DNA from: Ginsengibacter sp.
GTDB lineage: Bacteria; Bacteroidota; Bacteroidia; Chitinophagales; Chitinophagaceae
Assembly (NCBI GenBank): GCA_039922575.1
Contig: JBDTEK010000137.1
Coordinates: 1 to 49,474 of the forward strand
Direction: 5' to 3'
Length of the DNA: 49,474 nt
The notes beneath the pieces were generated by a model. It did no database searches. It saw only the letters and a program-made list of their open reading frames with translations, and had not been told where the DNA came from. A program made the position numbers and the translations under genes. Of the stretch, positions 49,381 to 49,474 are shown in pieces; within the stretch, counting starts at the first letter, position 1; each line of letters begins with the position of its first letter.

Positions 49381-49474
49381 TTATTTAGGATCAAAACGAA
49401 ATAAATTTCCCGGTTCTCCTTTTTTACCTTCAGAAGAAATGTATAAAACTCCTTCAGGTGAAAAACAAATCCCT
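49381..49474 (-). CDS. 3' end of SdiA-regulated/YjiK-like beta-propeller protein (partial)
   Basis: Minus strand GICFSPEGVLYISSEGKKGEPGNLFRFDPK*. Confidence 0.6.
   Translation of the reverse strand, partial: GICFSPEGVLYISSEGKKGEPGNLFRFDPK

Overview
AT-rich bacterial chromosomal segment. Gene content and order, TAnnTTTG -7 promoter boxes and absence of obvious Shine-Dalgarno sites point to Bacteroidota, probably Chitinophagaceae (inference). It is mostly housekeeping: metZ, dedA, a complete alternative complex III (actABCDEF) plus A1-type cytochrome c oxidase cluster (about 3.0-19.3 kb), a membrane-domain::PurN fusion, TMEM175, fabG, carbonic anhydrase, two Na+/H+ antiporters, a split methionine synthase, xth, HU, ribosomal protein THX, pdxH, pyrH, tsf-rpsB-rpsI-rplM, a TlpA lipoprotein, gatB and rpoN. 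No rRNA, tRNA, CRISPR array or intact transposase was seen. The most striking unexplained signal is an ORF6N-domain gene sitting between the two halves of metH. It carries a perfect 16-bp-arm palindrome inside its coding sequence (encoding its LRSQFATL motif), and a second perfect 15-bp-arm palindrome with the same core lies just upstream. Other notable items are a candidate structured leader RNA upstream of nhaA, several REP-like palindrome families, a 70-bp duplication of the tlpA 3' end, a nonsense-disrupted ParE/RelE toxin, and 7-bp periodic repeats, one set of which forms the PurN fusion linker.
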